This document shows positions 12,188-22,761 of a stretch of 51,885 nt of DNA, piece by piece. Each line of letters begins with the position of its first letter. The first letter of the stretch is position 1. The DNA is taken from contig NW_027591117.1 in NCBI RefSeq assembly GCF_964213995.1, positions 62,001-113,885 of the forward strand. The letters are read 5' to 3'. The notes below the pieces were generated by a model. The model did no database searches. It worked only from the letters and a program-made list of their open reading frames with translations, and was not told where the DNA came from. Source of the stretch: Mustelus asterias. Lineage: Eukaryota. Both the position numbers and the translations under genes were made by a program.

Positions 12188-12704
12188 CGTCCACTGCACA
12201 GAAATAGGTAGCAGTGTCTGTCACCCGAGTGTCGCCGACACTCAGAGCGCTTCGTTTCTCTGCAACAATGTTCCGAGCCCTGATCCTGCCCTGATCGCTG
12301 GTACCGCTCACCAGGTGCTGCACGGTTCGGTCCGGGTATTGTCTGTACCATTGTAGGACCAGTCCAGCTGCTGTAGTGGAACAGTTCAACGATGCTAGGT
12401 CTCCCTCGGTAACCACCACAGACTCTGGGGACTGTGATACCTCTTCACTACCAGCGGCATCTGGGAAGGATATGTAGATATGCAACAACATCATAAAATT
12501 AAAATCTCATACTGCAATACAATGTTGCACAATAAAGTACAATTGAATGCATAATACAAGATAACAACAAAACAGAATACTATTTAACAGAACATAGCAT
12601 TGCTAATGTGTGAAATATCGCTGTCAGAAATAGCGACCACACTTACACTGAGGGAAGAGTAAGAAATCCAGGGAGATGATCACTGAAGCGAAGCTGAGCT
12701 TCAT
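12188..12704 (-). CDS. TRAV: TCR alpha/delta V segment V1 (leader exon 12704-12647, V exon 12460-12188)
   Basis: Leader MKLSFASVIISLDFLLFPQ ends T|gtaagt. Acceptor ttcccag| gives Y-AAGS-EEVSQSPESVVVTEGDLASLNC...WYRQYP...DTATYFCAVD. A consensus RSS follows. The alpha versus delta assignment is an inference. Confidence 0.9.
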
Positions 12705-13003
12705 GTCGGATCCTATCGACACCTGTAAAACACCTCCAATCAGCTTGGCCCATGTAGATCAGGCCCAGGACAGGGTGATTTGGTCGCTCGCCCTGTCTTG
12801 TCAGCCTGGATCTGAAATGTCTCAACTTGTTGAGACTTTGAATTGGATTTGATTTGATTGAATTGGAGAAGTATTTTTTTAAAAGTTGTAGAAAGATCTC
12901 AGGACAAGAAAAGCTCCTGGGAAAGCAAAGCTATTGGACATGAATCTGAGCCCAACACCAGTTATACTCTCGCGACCAGGGCTGGATCTCTGGGACTTTT
13001 GAT

Positions 13004-13184
13004 CAGGAAGTGAAATAGTGAGGGAGCTCCAGCATCGATAGGGTGTGGGGGAGGAGCGTGCGCAAGAGTCAGAGCGTCCCGCATTGTGACGTCAGAGCAA
13101 CAGACATTGTGACATCAGAGTATCCGGCACTGTGACGTCAGAATGCGGGCATGTGCGGCGTCACCATGCAGCCCTTTGACGTCA
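13004..13184. promoter_or_regulatory. CRE/ATF cluster and Ets site upstream of V1
   Basis: TGACGTCA at 13087, 13133, 13177; TGACATCA at 13110; CAGGAAGTG at 13004. Confidence 0.6.
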
Positions 13185-14586
13185 GTGGGTCTGGTCTGAG
13201 GGACAGAAACATCTCTCCCGGAGCTGATCTGAATCTCCAGCCCTGAGTTTGTGGGAATTTACAACTGATCAGAAACTGGTTTAACCTGTAAACTGATTTG
13301 ATGGCGGATCTGCCGGTCTGATCGGATTCTGCAGTTAATTTTCTCAGTCATGACTGGAAAAATAAATGGGTGAATGTTGAGTCCGAGGTTAATGTGGTTC
13401 CCGCTGGGTGTGTGTTTTATGCGGCTGAGAACAGCACTGCTCACAGTGGCTGTATCTATCCAGATTCTAGCCTTTGTCTAACATCAAGTGTAATTTGCTA
13501 ATCCTGCACTTGATAGAAATCAATAAGGTTACATCGAGGTTTCTTTTGAATCATTTTTTTAAAAAACGCCATCTGGGCCTTTTGCTAAGATGAAGCTCAG
13601 GTCAAGCACTGGAAGGAATATAATACCTGCTCCAATCAGCTAGGATGTTGTTAATCAAGCCCAAGACAGGAAGAATGGGCCCTGTGTTGTCAGCTTCGAT
13701 CTGCAATGTCTCTCTTGCAGCGACTTTCGAGTGGACCAATTCGGTTTTTGATTGGAAACAAAAAGCAGGCATCTCGGTCTTTGGGCTCGGATCAAGCATC
13801 AAATCGAGCCCAAGATCAGGTGCGATGCTCTTTCATGTCAGCTTGGATTTTTTGCGAGGACCATGAATTAGATTCAATTTGAATTGGTTTTGGGGGCAAT
13901 TAGGAGATGGATTCTGGCTTGGCCAGTCCGCTCTGCGCATTGGCTTTGCAACGTTAAGCAATTACTATTTTACAATCCGACAGACAGGAGCTCCCGAACA
14001 CAATGCAAAGTGCGGGGTTGGATTGGTTTCCATCATAAATTCCGTAAGTGAGTCCTTATTCTGATCAACTCTTCAGAGTCCAATTTCTCCAGCTGGAGAT
14101 GGAGAGGTTTGGCTGCCTGACCGGTGCTGTTGCTGTTGTTTGTTTCACGATTGTCTGCAAACATGAGTAAGACTCCCTGCGAGCGCAGTTCAATATCATA
14201 AAGCTGATGTTGATTAGTGAGTGCCAGAATAAAACAAAGACAATCCTTGCAATATCATGTTTGAAACTTGAAAAAAAAACTACTTCTGTTTCTGTCTCAT
14301 CATTTGAGGACAATAAGTAAGTGACATAATTTCCAGGACTCAGATCTGAAATACATGTTCAAACACGAATCAATCATATCGGACTGTGTTTAAATTTTAG
14401 GCTGAAATCGCGATTGGGAAATTACTTTAAATGTGTTTATTCCACAATTGCCTATCTGAAATTCCCCCTCCCCACCCCCAGAACACCCAGTTGCTGCCTT
14501 CCCACATTGTCGCTGTTCTCTCTGTAAAAGGGAAGTTGAAGCAAGTAAAACCTCGTTCCAATCCGCACTCGCATTAAACTGCTATA

Positions 14587-15292
14587 GTGTCACTGGATCC
14601 TCTCAGCTTACGTACACGCTGCCCTCGAAGCGGCTGCGGGGCTGATGAGACGCTCGCACACCTCCTTGTGGAATGTGCCTTTGCAAAGAAGGTCTGGAGC
14701 CAGATGCAGTGGTATTTGTCGCGGTTCGTCCCGGGCAGCTCGGTGACGCAGGACTCTGTGCTCTACGGGCTGTTTCCGGGGACGCACACCGAAACAAACA
14801 TCAACTGCTGCTGGAGGGTCATCAACTCGGTGAAGGACGCGCTTTGGTCCGCCCGAAACTTGCTGATCTTCCAGCTGAAAGAATTGTCCTCGACCGAGTG
14901 TTGCAGACTGGCACATTCCAAGGTCCAGGACTACGTGCTCAGGGACGCGCTCAAGCTTGGGGCAGCCGCCGCCAAGGCACAATGGGGAAAGGCCACCGTG
15001 TAAAGCGTCTCAACTGAGGCAGACCGAGGGCCGGGTAACTGCAGAATACCCTCGGCCTGAGTAACTGTGTGCCAACCTGAAAAATAACGGCACACAGTAA
15101 ACTCTGACACATGTATATAGTTTTAAGAAATGAAATATAACAAAATGTAATGTTTTTGTAAATAAGCACTGTATTGTACTGTAAAAATGATTCTTTTTTG
15201 CACTGTTTATGACTTTTGGATCTGTCATTTTGCAATGTTTTATTGGAGAGTTTTTTTTGTGAATAAAGTATATTTTTGAAATTAAAAAAAAA
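14587..15292 (+). mobile_element. 5'-truncated L1/Tx1-clade LINE: ORF2 C-terminal zinc knuckle, 3'UTR, poly(A)
   Basis: CPRSGCGADETLAHLLVEC (CCHC) and LW..RN motif; stop at 15003; AATAAA near 15262; A-run to ~15292. Confidence 0.8.
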
Positions 15293-15894
15293 CATGTGTC
15301 GCAGTGGTGTTTTTAGTCCTGTTGCAGGAGACCTGGATTTCAGTGAGCAGAAATATCCCAAGCTGAGATATAATCAGTGTGCTTGTGAGGAAAATCGCTA
15401 CATTGTTGGGGGCCAGGGGTGGGAATGAAGTCGCTGGTCTGATTATTGAAACAGAGAAACACTGGGTTGTGAATTGTGTCAGAAAACATTTGACAGACAT
15501 TCAAAATGAGAATGAACATTGATGGCAACCTGTTCTCAGGGATTGTTTTAAATAGCACAATGACAACCTTGCGAAATGTATATGTCAATATAAGCTGTCC
15601 CTTAGGCAGCAAAATACTCTAATCAAACAGACCCTTTGATCAAAGAGATCGTGAAAAGGAGAGTGAAGATGGGGAAAGTGCTGCACAATAATTCACACAG
15701 GCAAGAAAATGTCATCAAAGGTTGAAGCGTGAGTTAAGGAACTGTAAATGTATTTTTAGGATAGTTGCAAGTTAAAAATTCAACTGTGGCTCAGCCGTTC
15801 GTGTTGAGTGTTGTGTTTAGTTTTGATATTTTGTTTATGACCCTGTGACTATCACTGTCGAGACAAAATAATTATTTCTGTTTATCAGTGTGGG

Positions 15895-15934
15895 AGCGCC
15901 CTCTGCTGATCACTAACCGGAACTCCCAGTCTGG
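15895..15934 (-). promoter_or_regulatory. CTCF-like element 3' of the V2 RSS (equivalents: V3 19023-19062, V5 25535-25574)
   Basis: TCAGCAGAGGGCGCT (V3: CCAGCAGGGTGCGCG) begins 25 bp after the nonamer in all three. Confidence 0.6.
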
Positions 15935-15972
15935 GGTTTTTGTGCGGGGTTCGCTCCATCTGTACCAGTGTG
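15935..15972 (-). other. RSS of V2 (22-nt spacer)
   Basis: CACACTG (15972-15966), 22 nt, ACAAAAACC (15943-15935). Confidence 0.9.
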
Positions 15973-16514
15973 GGCTCCATGGCACAGAAATACACGGCGC
16001 TGTCGGACAGAACAGCTCTGGCGATATTTAAAGGAACAGTATTGTTTCCTTTGTGTAAAGCAGCCGAGAATCTATCTGAGAAATCCGGAGACTTATCAGT
16101 ATTGCCCGAGCCATATATCATCATCAAATATCTCAGAGCTTGCCCGGGATACTGGATGTACCAGAACACAGCTCGAAAAGCAGCTGTCGAGCTTTTACAG
16201 TCCAGTGTTACGTTCTGTCCTTCCAGAACCGATAATTCAGATCGATCTTGAAACACTGAATCTTCAGCATTTCCCCCTGTAACAAAACACAGAACACACT
16301 CAATATCTGGGAGGGAAGAGAGCCCATGGGACAGACACTGATCGTTTAAACATTGACTCAAAAAAGAAAATGCTCGAAATTTTCAGTAGATCTGACAACA
16401 TCTGTGAGAGGCGAACAGAGAGAATGTTTCAAGTCAGGATGACACTTTGTCAGAGTTTATTGACTCACCGGGCAGCAAGACCATTATTATCAGCAAACAA
16501 AATAAGGAGCACAT
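15973..16514 (-). CDS. TRAV: TCR alpha/delta V segment V2 (leader 16514-16469, V exon 16276-15973)
   Basis: Leader MCSLFCLLIIMVLLP G|gtgagt; acceptor ttacag|. V exon GNAEDSVFQDRSELSVLEGQNVTLDC...WYIQYPGQ...DSAVYFCAMEP is open. Confidence 0.92.
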
Positions 16515-18199
16515 GGTGTCTGGTTTCGGGTTCGGCAGAAATGAAGCAGTATTTGAAATGTGTTGACATTTCTGTTCTGATATTCAAGCGGAAATTCACA
16601 TCAGCGGAAACGTAATTTACTCAGAAATTATGGGGCGTTTCCCAGCGACAGGATTGGCCGCTTTCTCAGGATTGATGATCGTCGGGCATCAATCAGCGTT
16701 CGCTCGACTAATAAGTTCTGAGTTTCTCTTTCTCCCTGTCTTTCTCGGGTTCTCCGGCTCTCTCTCCGTCTGTGGCCTGTCTATCTCGCTCTGTTATTCC
16801 GCCTCTGTTTGTCTCGCCCCCATTGCTCTGCTTCTGACCGTCTCTGTCTTCGCACTGGCTCTCCGTTCTTATCTTTCTCCCCTTCTCCCTAAAATTCAGA
16901 GTTCAGACAATCCGATTTCCCTCACTCTCCTATTTCAATGAATCCACTAAGTTACTCATTCTTTTGGTGCAACAAATGTAGAAAACGTTAATAACCAGAA
17001 GTTACGAGGTAACATTATGATGGAAATATTTAAATGTAAATACTAAAGAATATAGGAAATGAATGTGAATCCAGGGTCATATTTACATCTTGTGTTGTTA
17101 TTTTAGAAAAGGCATCTTATCGGAATCTTGAGGGCTTCATATTGTTTAGAATGAGTTTTATAACCACTATTAATTAAATAAAGCGAATCGCCAGCAATTA
17201 AAATAACGATGTTATTATCTCTCATGTATACGTTCAACTGTGTTCAATTGCATTGGAATAGTAAAAGGATGAACAAGAATAATGCAACATAATCACCAGT
17301 AGTAACGACCTTCTGTAATTTGAGAATTCGATGATTTTCCAGGAAATGACCAGTTACCTCAGATTGCCGCCAGATGGCGGTGCCTCACCATGTTTGTGTG
17401 TTTACTGCAGCGGGTCCGGGAAGCATAACTCGGCGGTTATGTTGTTGATCTGGTTTCCTAGGGCGTCCAGAAGCTCTCGGAAATAATCCTGTCGGTATCA
17501 TGTACTATGTTATATTATGTTGTGTTAAGGAATGAAGATGAACGAATGGAAAGACAGTGGGTGAACTCGAGGCCGAGACCGTGATAGAAGTCAAGGCACA
17601 GATTAGGAGGAACAGATGGAGTTACAGGGATATAAACACGAGGATCTTCATTATCTTCATTCCTTAGCTTGAAGCTTTCTGTGTTGCTGCATTTATTCCC
17701 CTCACGGGATCAACATCTAAATCCACTGTTGTACAAATCGCGTATTGTTTTATTTACAATCGCAACCCCCTGAAATCTACCGCGGAGGACGAAGAGTTCA
17801 GCGTCACCAGGTCACGCACAATGAGATTAGTGTTCTTGAGAAACCGTCACAATAAATAACATTCAATCTGAGCGTGTGAGGCCGATCAAATAAAACCGCA
17901 GACAGCTGAGGACTTTGGATCAGCATTCGATGGAGTTTAGAGAGATGAAGGGGGAATCTCATTGAAAAATACAGCAGACTGAAAATCCTGGACAGAGTGG
18001 ATGTGGAGAAGATATTTCCATTAGTAGGAGAATCTAGCACACGGCACACAACCCCAGAATAGAGGGACGACACTAGAGAACCGATTTGACTTTAATGTCT
18101 CTTTCCCAGGTGACTGTTTGTGTGCCAGGCAACCATCTTATGTGTACCCATCTGTATATGGGTACACATAAGATGGGACTTAATAGACATTCAACCCCC

Positions 18200-18540
18200 A
18201 CCCCATCAACATCCTGGGAGTTGACAGAAAACTGAACTGGTCCCAGGAATATAAATACAGTGGCTACCAGAGCTGATCAAAGGTTAGGAATCCTGCGGCG
18301 AGTAACTCACCTCCTGACTCCCCAAAGCCTGTCCACCATCTACAAGGTACAAGTCAGGAGTGAGATGGAATACCCTCTACTTGCTTGGATGAGTGTAGCT
18401 GCAACCACACTCAAGAGGCTCGACACGATACAGGACAAATCAGCCCGCTTGATTGCTCCCCATTCCATGAACATTCATTCCTGCCACCACAGACGAACAG
18501 TGACAGCCGTGGGCACCATCTGCAGGATACACTGCAGATG
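18200..18540 (+). mobile_element. CR1/L2-group LINE RT C-terminal fragment (matching-type 3' tail at ~1620-1770)
   Basis: QRLGILRRVTHLLTPQSLSTIYK.QVRS.MEY motif. Confidence 0.7.
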
Positions 18541-19062
18541 GTAACTTTGCCTCTCTATATGAGAGGCAGCTGAATGTCCATTCCACACTGCGGACCAGCA
18601 TTCTTACACCAGGAGTATCGGGTTAGTAAGTGATTCAGTACAAAGCGAAATCCTCATCTGTGATGTGGATGGAAATGGGACCGAATAGCTGAGCAGCCGG
18701 ATTGGGGAGGTCCTGAATTAATGTACAAGGGAACAGAAAAAGCTTTAATGCTTATGTTAAAGACTTGAAAGGAAATGTGCAGAATTTCCATAAATCAGCA
18801 GACAAGGACAGTTTGCAACAAATAGGCAGAGAAGGGCATCGAAAACGAAAGAAAAAGTGTTGAAGTATCTCAGATCGATATTGCAAATGTAAGCTCCGAC
18901 CATTAACTAATGTAACTGCAACTGGACCACACCAGTTGCTGTTTTTGAGAGTTGTCTTTTGTTGCAATGTTAAGAATCTCCATCACTCTCTCTGTGGAAA
19001 CTGAATTACCCGCGTGTGTGCGCGCGCACCCTGCTGGGCACTAACTGGAACTGCCAGTGTGG

Positions 19063-19102
19063 GGTTTTTGTACGGCAATCGCTATATCTCTGCAGCAGTG
19101 TG
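19063..19102 (-). other. RSS of V3 (24-nt spacer)
   Basis: CACACTG (19102-19096), 24 nt, ACAAAAACC (19071-19063). Confidence 0.88.
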
Positions 19103-19600
19103 GGCTCCATGGCACAGAAGTACCCGGCGCTGTCGGAAATCAGTGTGTTACTGATCGTCAGCTCGCTAGTCTTGTTCTTTTTATCAAATTTGGAAGAAAA
19201 CCGATCATTGAGGTCGGTGTTCCTTTGCACAATCTCTCCAATAAGCTGAAACATGTACACTGGAGCTTTCCCGGGCTGCTGACTGTACCAGTACACATTA
19301 GGGCTGGAATCGCTTGTTTTCAAAGCGCAGGTTAGTGTGACATCATTTTCCTCTTTAACCTTTATTCCAGGATCCAATTGTTCCACTTCGTCTTGGTGGC
19401 TCCTTTCTAACAGAAACAACAGCAATATGACAATCAGAGTTAGCCTCAGATTAAACGATACAATTATCATCATCACTATTGTTTTATCAACAAGAATATC
19501 TGGGTTACAGCAGTCAGGAGGAGCATGTAGTTTTACTGGGAAGAAAATGCTTACTGAGAAGTGAGAGAATGATGAGGATCGGAGTGAGATAGTTCACCAT
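19103..19600 (-). CDS. TRAV: TCR alpha/delta V segment V3 (leader 19600-19555, V exon 19406-19103)
   Basis: Leader MVNYLTPILIILSLL A|gtaagc; acceptor ctgttag|. V exon RSHQDEVEQLDPGIKVKEENDVTLTC...WYSQQPGKAP...DSAGYFCAMEP. Confidence 0.92.
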
Positions 19601-20617
19601 GATGCTTCCTGAGTCTGTAACTCTGCAATGAGTGAAATCCTGTCAGAGACAGAAAGACACTGTTCCACTGCACTGCTGATCCAACCAATGAGAGGAATGG
19701 AGCAGCGGCAGCAATCCGTCCAATCACACAATAGGTTCAGAGTGAGAGCAGAAAACGGAAGTCGTGGGCGGGGATGCAGTAGACAAAATATTGAGTGAAG
19801 TGTGCGGCAGCTTCAGCTGCACCCGGAACAGAAATAGCGAGACTTCCATCTCCGGAATCTGTCACCATTCTGCACCTGCTCACTGTCCAAGTGACTGAGA
19901 AGAAATAGAGAGGGAGGAGCATAACGGGGCCAGGGACATGAACAAAATAGCAACATAGCGTATCAATGCAGGAGATGAGGCCACTCGGCCCATGGTATCT
20001 TTGCCTGACAGAATTCAGAATTGACGTGGAGAATTCAGAATTACTGAATTCTTCAATTCAGCTTTCAAACCCCGCATCTCTCACAGTGACTGCACTTTTC
20101 TGCTTTCAACTTATCTCCCATTCCTTTCTGAAACTTACTATTATCTCTTCTTCCGCCATCTCTTTCGACACCGCAGGGATAGGGCCTAGATAAGAGTCGG
20201 TGCAGTCTTGATGGGCCGAATGGCCTCCTTTTGCACTGTCGGGATCCGATGACCATCTTCCAAGTTTAACAAATCGCAGAGTAATCAATGAATCTCATCT
20301 TTCCATTGCCCTCTCACCTCCTAAAGTAGACGCTTGTCTTTTCCAATGTTCTGCCGGCGGAAACTGTGACATGCGATTTACTTTAACAAAACCACATGAT
20401 GTTGAGCACCTCAGTTCGGTCTCTGTTCTACCTCCTTTGATATTAAGAGATGAACTCCTGTGTCACAGTGGATCGCGTCTGTGCCTCTGAGGCAGAAACT
20501 TCGGCTTCAATTCGAAAGCCAGTACCTGATAGCTGAGGGTATTTATTGGAGCCTCAGCCATTACTATCCACAACTCCAGACAATAACATGGAAAAAAAAG
20601 TGAACAGAGTACATAAG

Positions 20618-20792
20618 AAGATGTGCGGGTTAGGTTGATTGGCCAGGTTAAAAATTGCCCCTTAGAGTCCTGAGATGCGTAGGTTAGAGGGATTAGCGGG
20701 TAAATATGTGGGGGTAGGGCCTGGGTGGGATTGTGGTCGGTGCAGACTCGATGGACCGAATGGCCTCCTTCTGCACTGTAGGGTTTCTATTC
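20618..20792 (+). mobile_element. 3' half of HE1-type SINE (similar partial copies at 23660-23842, 38878-38960, 42210-42310, 43220-43395)
   Basis: AGATGTGCGGGTTAGGTTGATTGGCC...GGTGGGATTGTGGTCGGTGCAGACTCG. Confidence 0.8.
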
Positions 20793-21290
20793 TATAAGAG
20801 TTTTGCCGCTGTAACTCAGACTGCTCCGAGGGAATGGTTTGAACGGAGGACAGGTTGTTGTTGGAGCACAGAGCCCTATTCCAATTCGGGCTGTGGTGTA
20901 TTTCAAACTCGCCTCCTTGTCCTTCGCGTGGTTCAGTTCATCGCGCTCTGGGTCGGACCTGTCTCTTTGCCGAGAACTCCAGAAGAATTGCAGTTTGCAT
21001 AGTCCATCTGCATCGCAATTCCTCATCCCTGGCATTATTCTGGTGTATTGCCGCCGCCCTTATTCCAAAGTCATTACCCGCTTTCGAATCGTTTACCCAA
21101 GATTGTTCACAGAGTCCTTGTTACCGTTAAACGAAGATGTCTGCGGTTTTAGAATCATAGAATCATAGATTTATTGGTTTACAAATCAAAGCAGAAATAT
21201 CAGACAACATCTTCCAGATATTTAAATTGGACCTAATTATACATAGTCCTTGCTGTTTTTCCTGGTAAGCCAGAAAGTGGTATAAAAGTG

Positions 21291-21625
21291 GGGCGGCACG
21301 GTAGCACAGTGGTTAGCACTGCTGCTTTACAGCTCCAGGGACCTGGGTTCGATTCCCGGCTCGGGTCACTGTCTGTGTGGAGTTTGCACATTCTCCTCGT
21401 GTCTGCGTGGGTTTCCTCCGGGTGCTCCGGTTTCCTCCCACAGTCCAAAGATGTGCGGGATAGGTTGATTGGCCAGGTTAAAATTGCCCCTTAGTGTCCC
21501 GGGATGCGTGGATTAGCGGGCAAAATATGTAGGGATATGGGGGTAGGGCCTGGGTGGGATTGTGGTCGGTGCAGACTCGATGGGCCGAATGGCCTCGTTC
21601 TGTACTGTAGGGATTCTATGATCTA
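21291..21625 (+). mobile_element. Full-length HE1/V-SINE-type shark SINE
   Basis: tRNA-like head GGCACGGTAGCACAGTGGTTAGCACTG...GGTTCGATTCCC, central GGGTTTCCTCCGGGTGCTCCGGTTTCCTCCCACA, CR1-like tail GGGCCGAATGGCCT. Confidence 0.85.
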
Positions 21626-22303
21626 TGAACTCTTGTAGAATGTAGAATCGGCAATTGTTGAAAGCAATCTTGATTCTTGCAGGTGAAAAAAATCTGGACA
21701 CTTGTCCCTATTTTAATGTTGCCACCGTTTGGCGAAGCACGTGCGTATAAATTATAAAATGGGACGTTTGGGGATGATAACAGGATATTCCTCTTGTCAT
21801 GGTACGAATGATTATAATATAATTAAGATTTCACCTGAAGAGGGAGGGACATCAAACTAAATCGTTGATGCTTCAGTTGAAATCCTGGAGAAAACGGAGC
21901 CAGAGCCGAGAGGCGGGAGGACCTGGTTACATTTGAAACGAATATTTGAATTGCAGCTTCAGTAGAATTCGCATGACTGATCATTTCAATTTGAAATCAA
22001 TGCCTTCATTGATGAACAGTTAAACTTTAAACACTTTTATCAATGAAAGTAGCTGCAGGAAAGAAGCGCGCTGGGTTATTGACAACTGACTTGTTCATAA
22101 GTGACCCGAAAGAGAAGCGGCGGCGGATCAACAAACCACATCCTGACATCCGAAGAACAGAGTCTGATTCCAGCCAATCAGACTGCAAAAAACTGAAACT
22201 TTATCTGGTGCTCCATTAGTGGCGGATTGAAGCTGTTGATTCACTCCGTGCTTTTCTGCTGCGAGTTCTGCTCCGGTTCCCTTCTGACATTTTTGTTGTA
22301 TTA

Positions 22304-22722
22304 ATGGATCTGTTCGTTTTCATTCTGATTCTACTAACTTGTAAGTGCAGGAAATTTACTCGGTCACTTGTAGAGACTGTTTATTTAAAAACGTTTTGCT
22401 CCAGTGCCTCATTGTCTGAATGTTTTTTCATAGATCGGTGTCGCTCGGACCAAGTTTCACAAACTCCCACAGCGAGAACAGTCCAGAGCGGGGATTCGGC
22501 GCTGATAAACTGCAGTTATGAGATGTCCAGCATTGATGGAATGTATTGGTACAGACAAAAACCCGGTCAGAGACTGGAGTGGATAATAAGAAGATTATCG
22601 AATGGCAAAGAGAGAAAAGACCGGTTCGAATTGGAACTTTCCACTGCGGGCAAACGGGGCCAGTTGGTTATTGGAAACACGGAGAGCGCGGATGCCGCTC
22701 TGTATTACTGTGCGATAGAGCC
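22304..22722 (+). CDS. TRAV: TCR alpha/delta V segment V4 (leader 22304-22340, V exon 22434-22722)
   Basis: Leader MDLFVFILILLT T|gtaagt; 93-nt intron ending ttcatag|. V exon RCRSDQVSQTPTARTVQSGDSALINC...WYRQKPGQ...DAALYYCAIEP. Confidence 0.92.
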
Positions 22723-22761
22723 CACACTGAGAGGAAAGACGCTCGTCACTGTACAAAAACC
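22723..22761 (+). other. 23-RSS of V4
   Basis: CACACTG (22723-22729), 23 nt, ACAAAAACC (22753-22761). Confidence 0.92.

Larger units (their letters stand above)
13743..17972. repeat. Left arm of ~4.2-kb inverted segmental duplication
   Basis: Reverse-complement match to 22974-27205. Mirrored ORFs: 14065-14313(-)/26626-26874(+), 16630-16941(+)/24526-24837(-), V2/V5. Confidence 0.92.

Noticed and set aside
13743-13751. Nonamer-like GGTTTTTGA at the duplication boundary as an RSS
   Set aside because: No heptamer at 12- or 23-nt spacing.
21291-21365. tRNA gene
   Set aside because: A/B boxes belong to a SINE head.
22341-22433. V4 ORF read straight through as a single exon
   Set aside because: Canonical GT-AG leader intron that happens to be 93 nt and stop-free.
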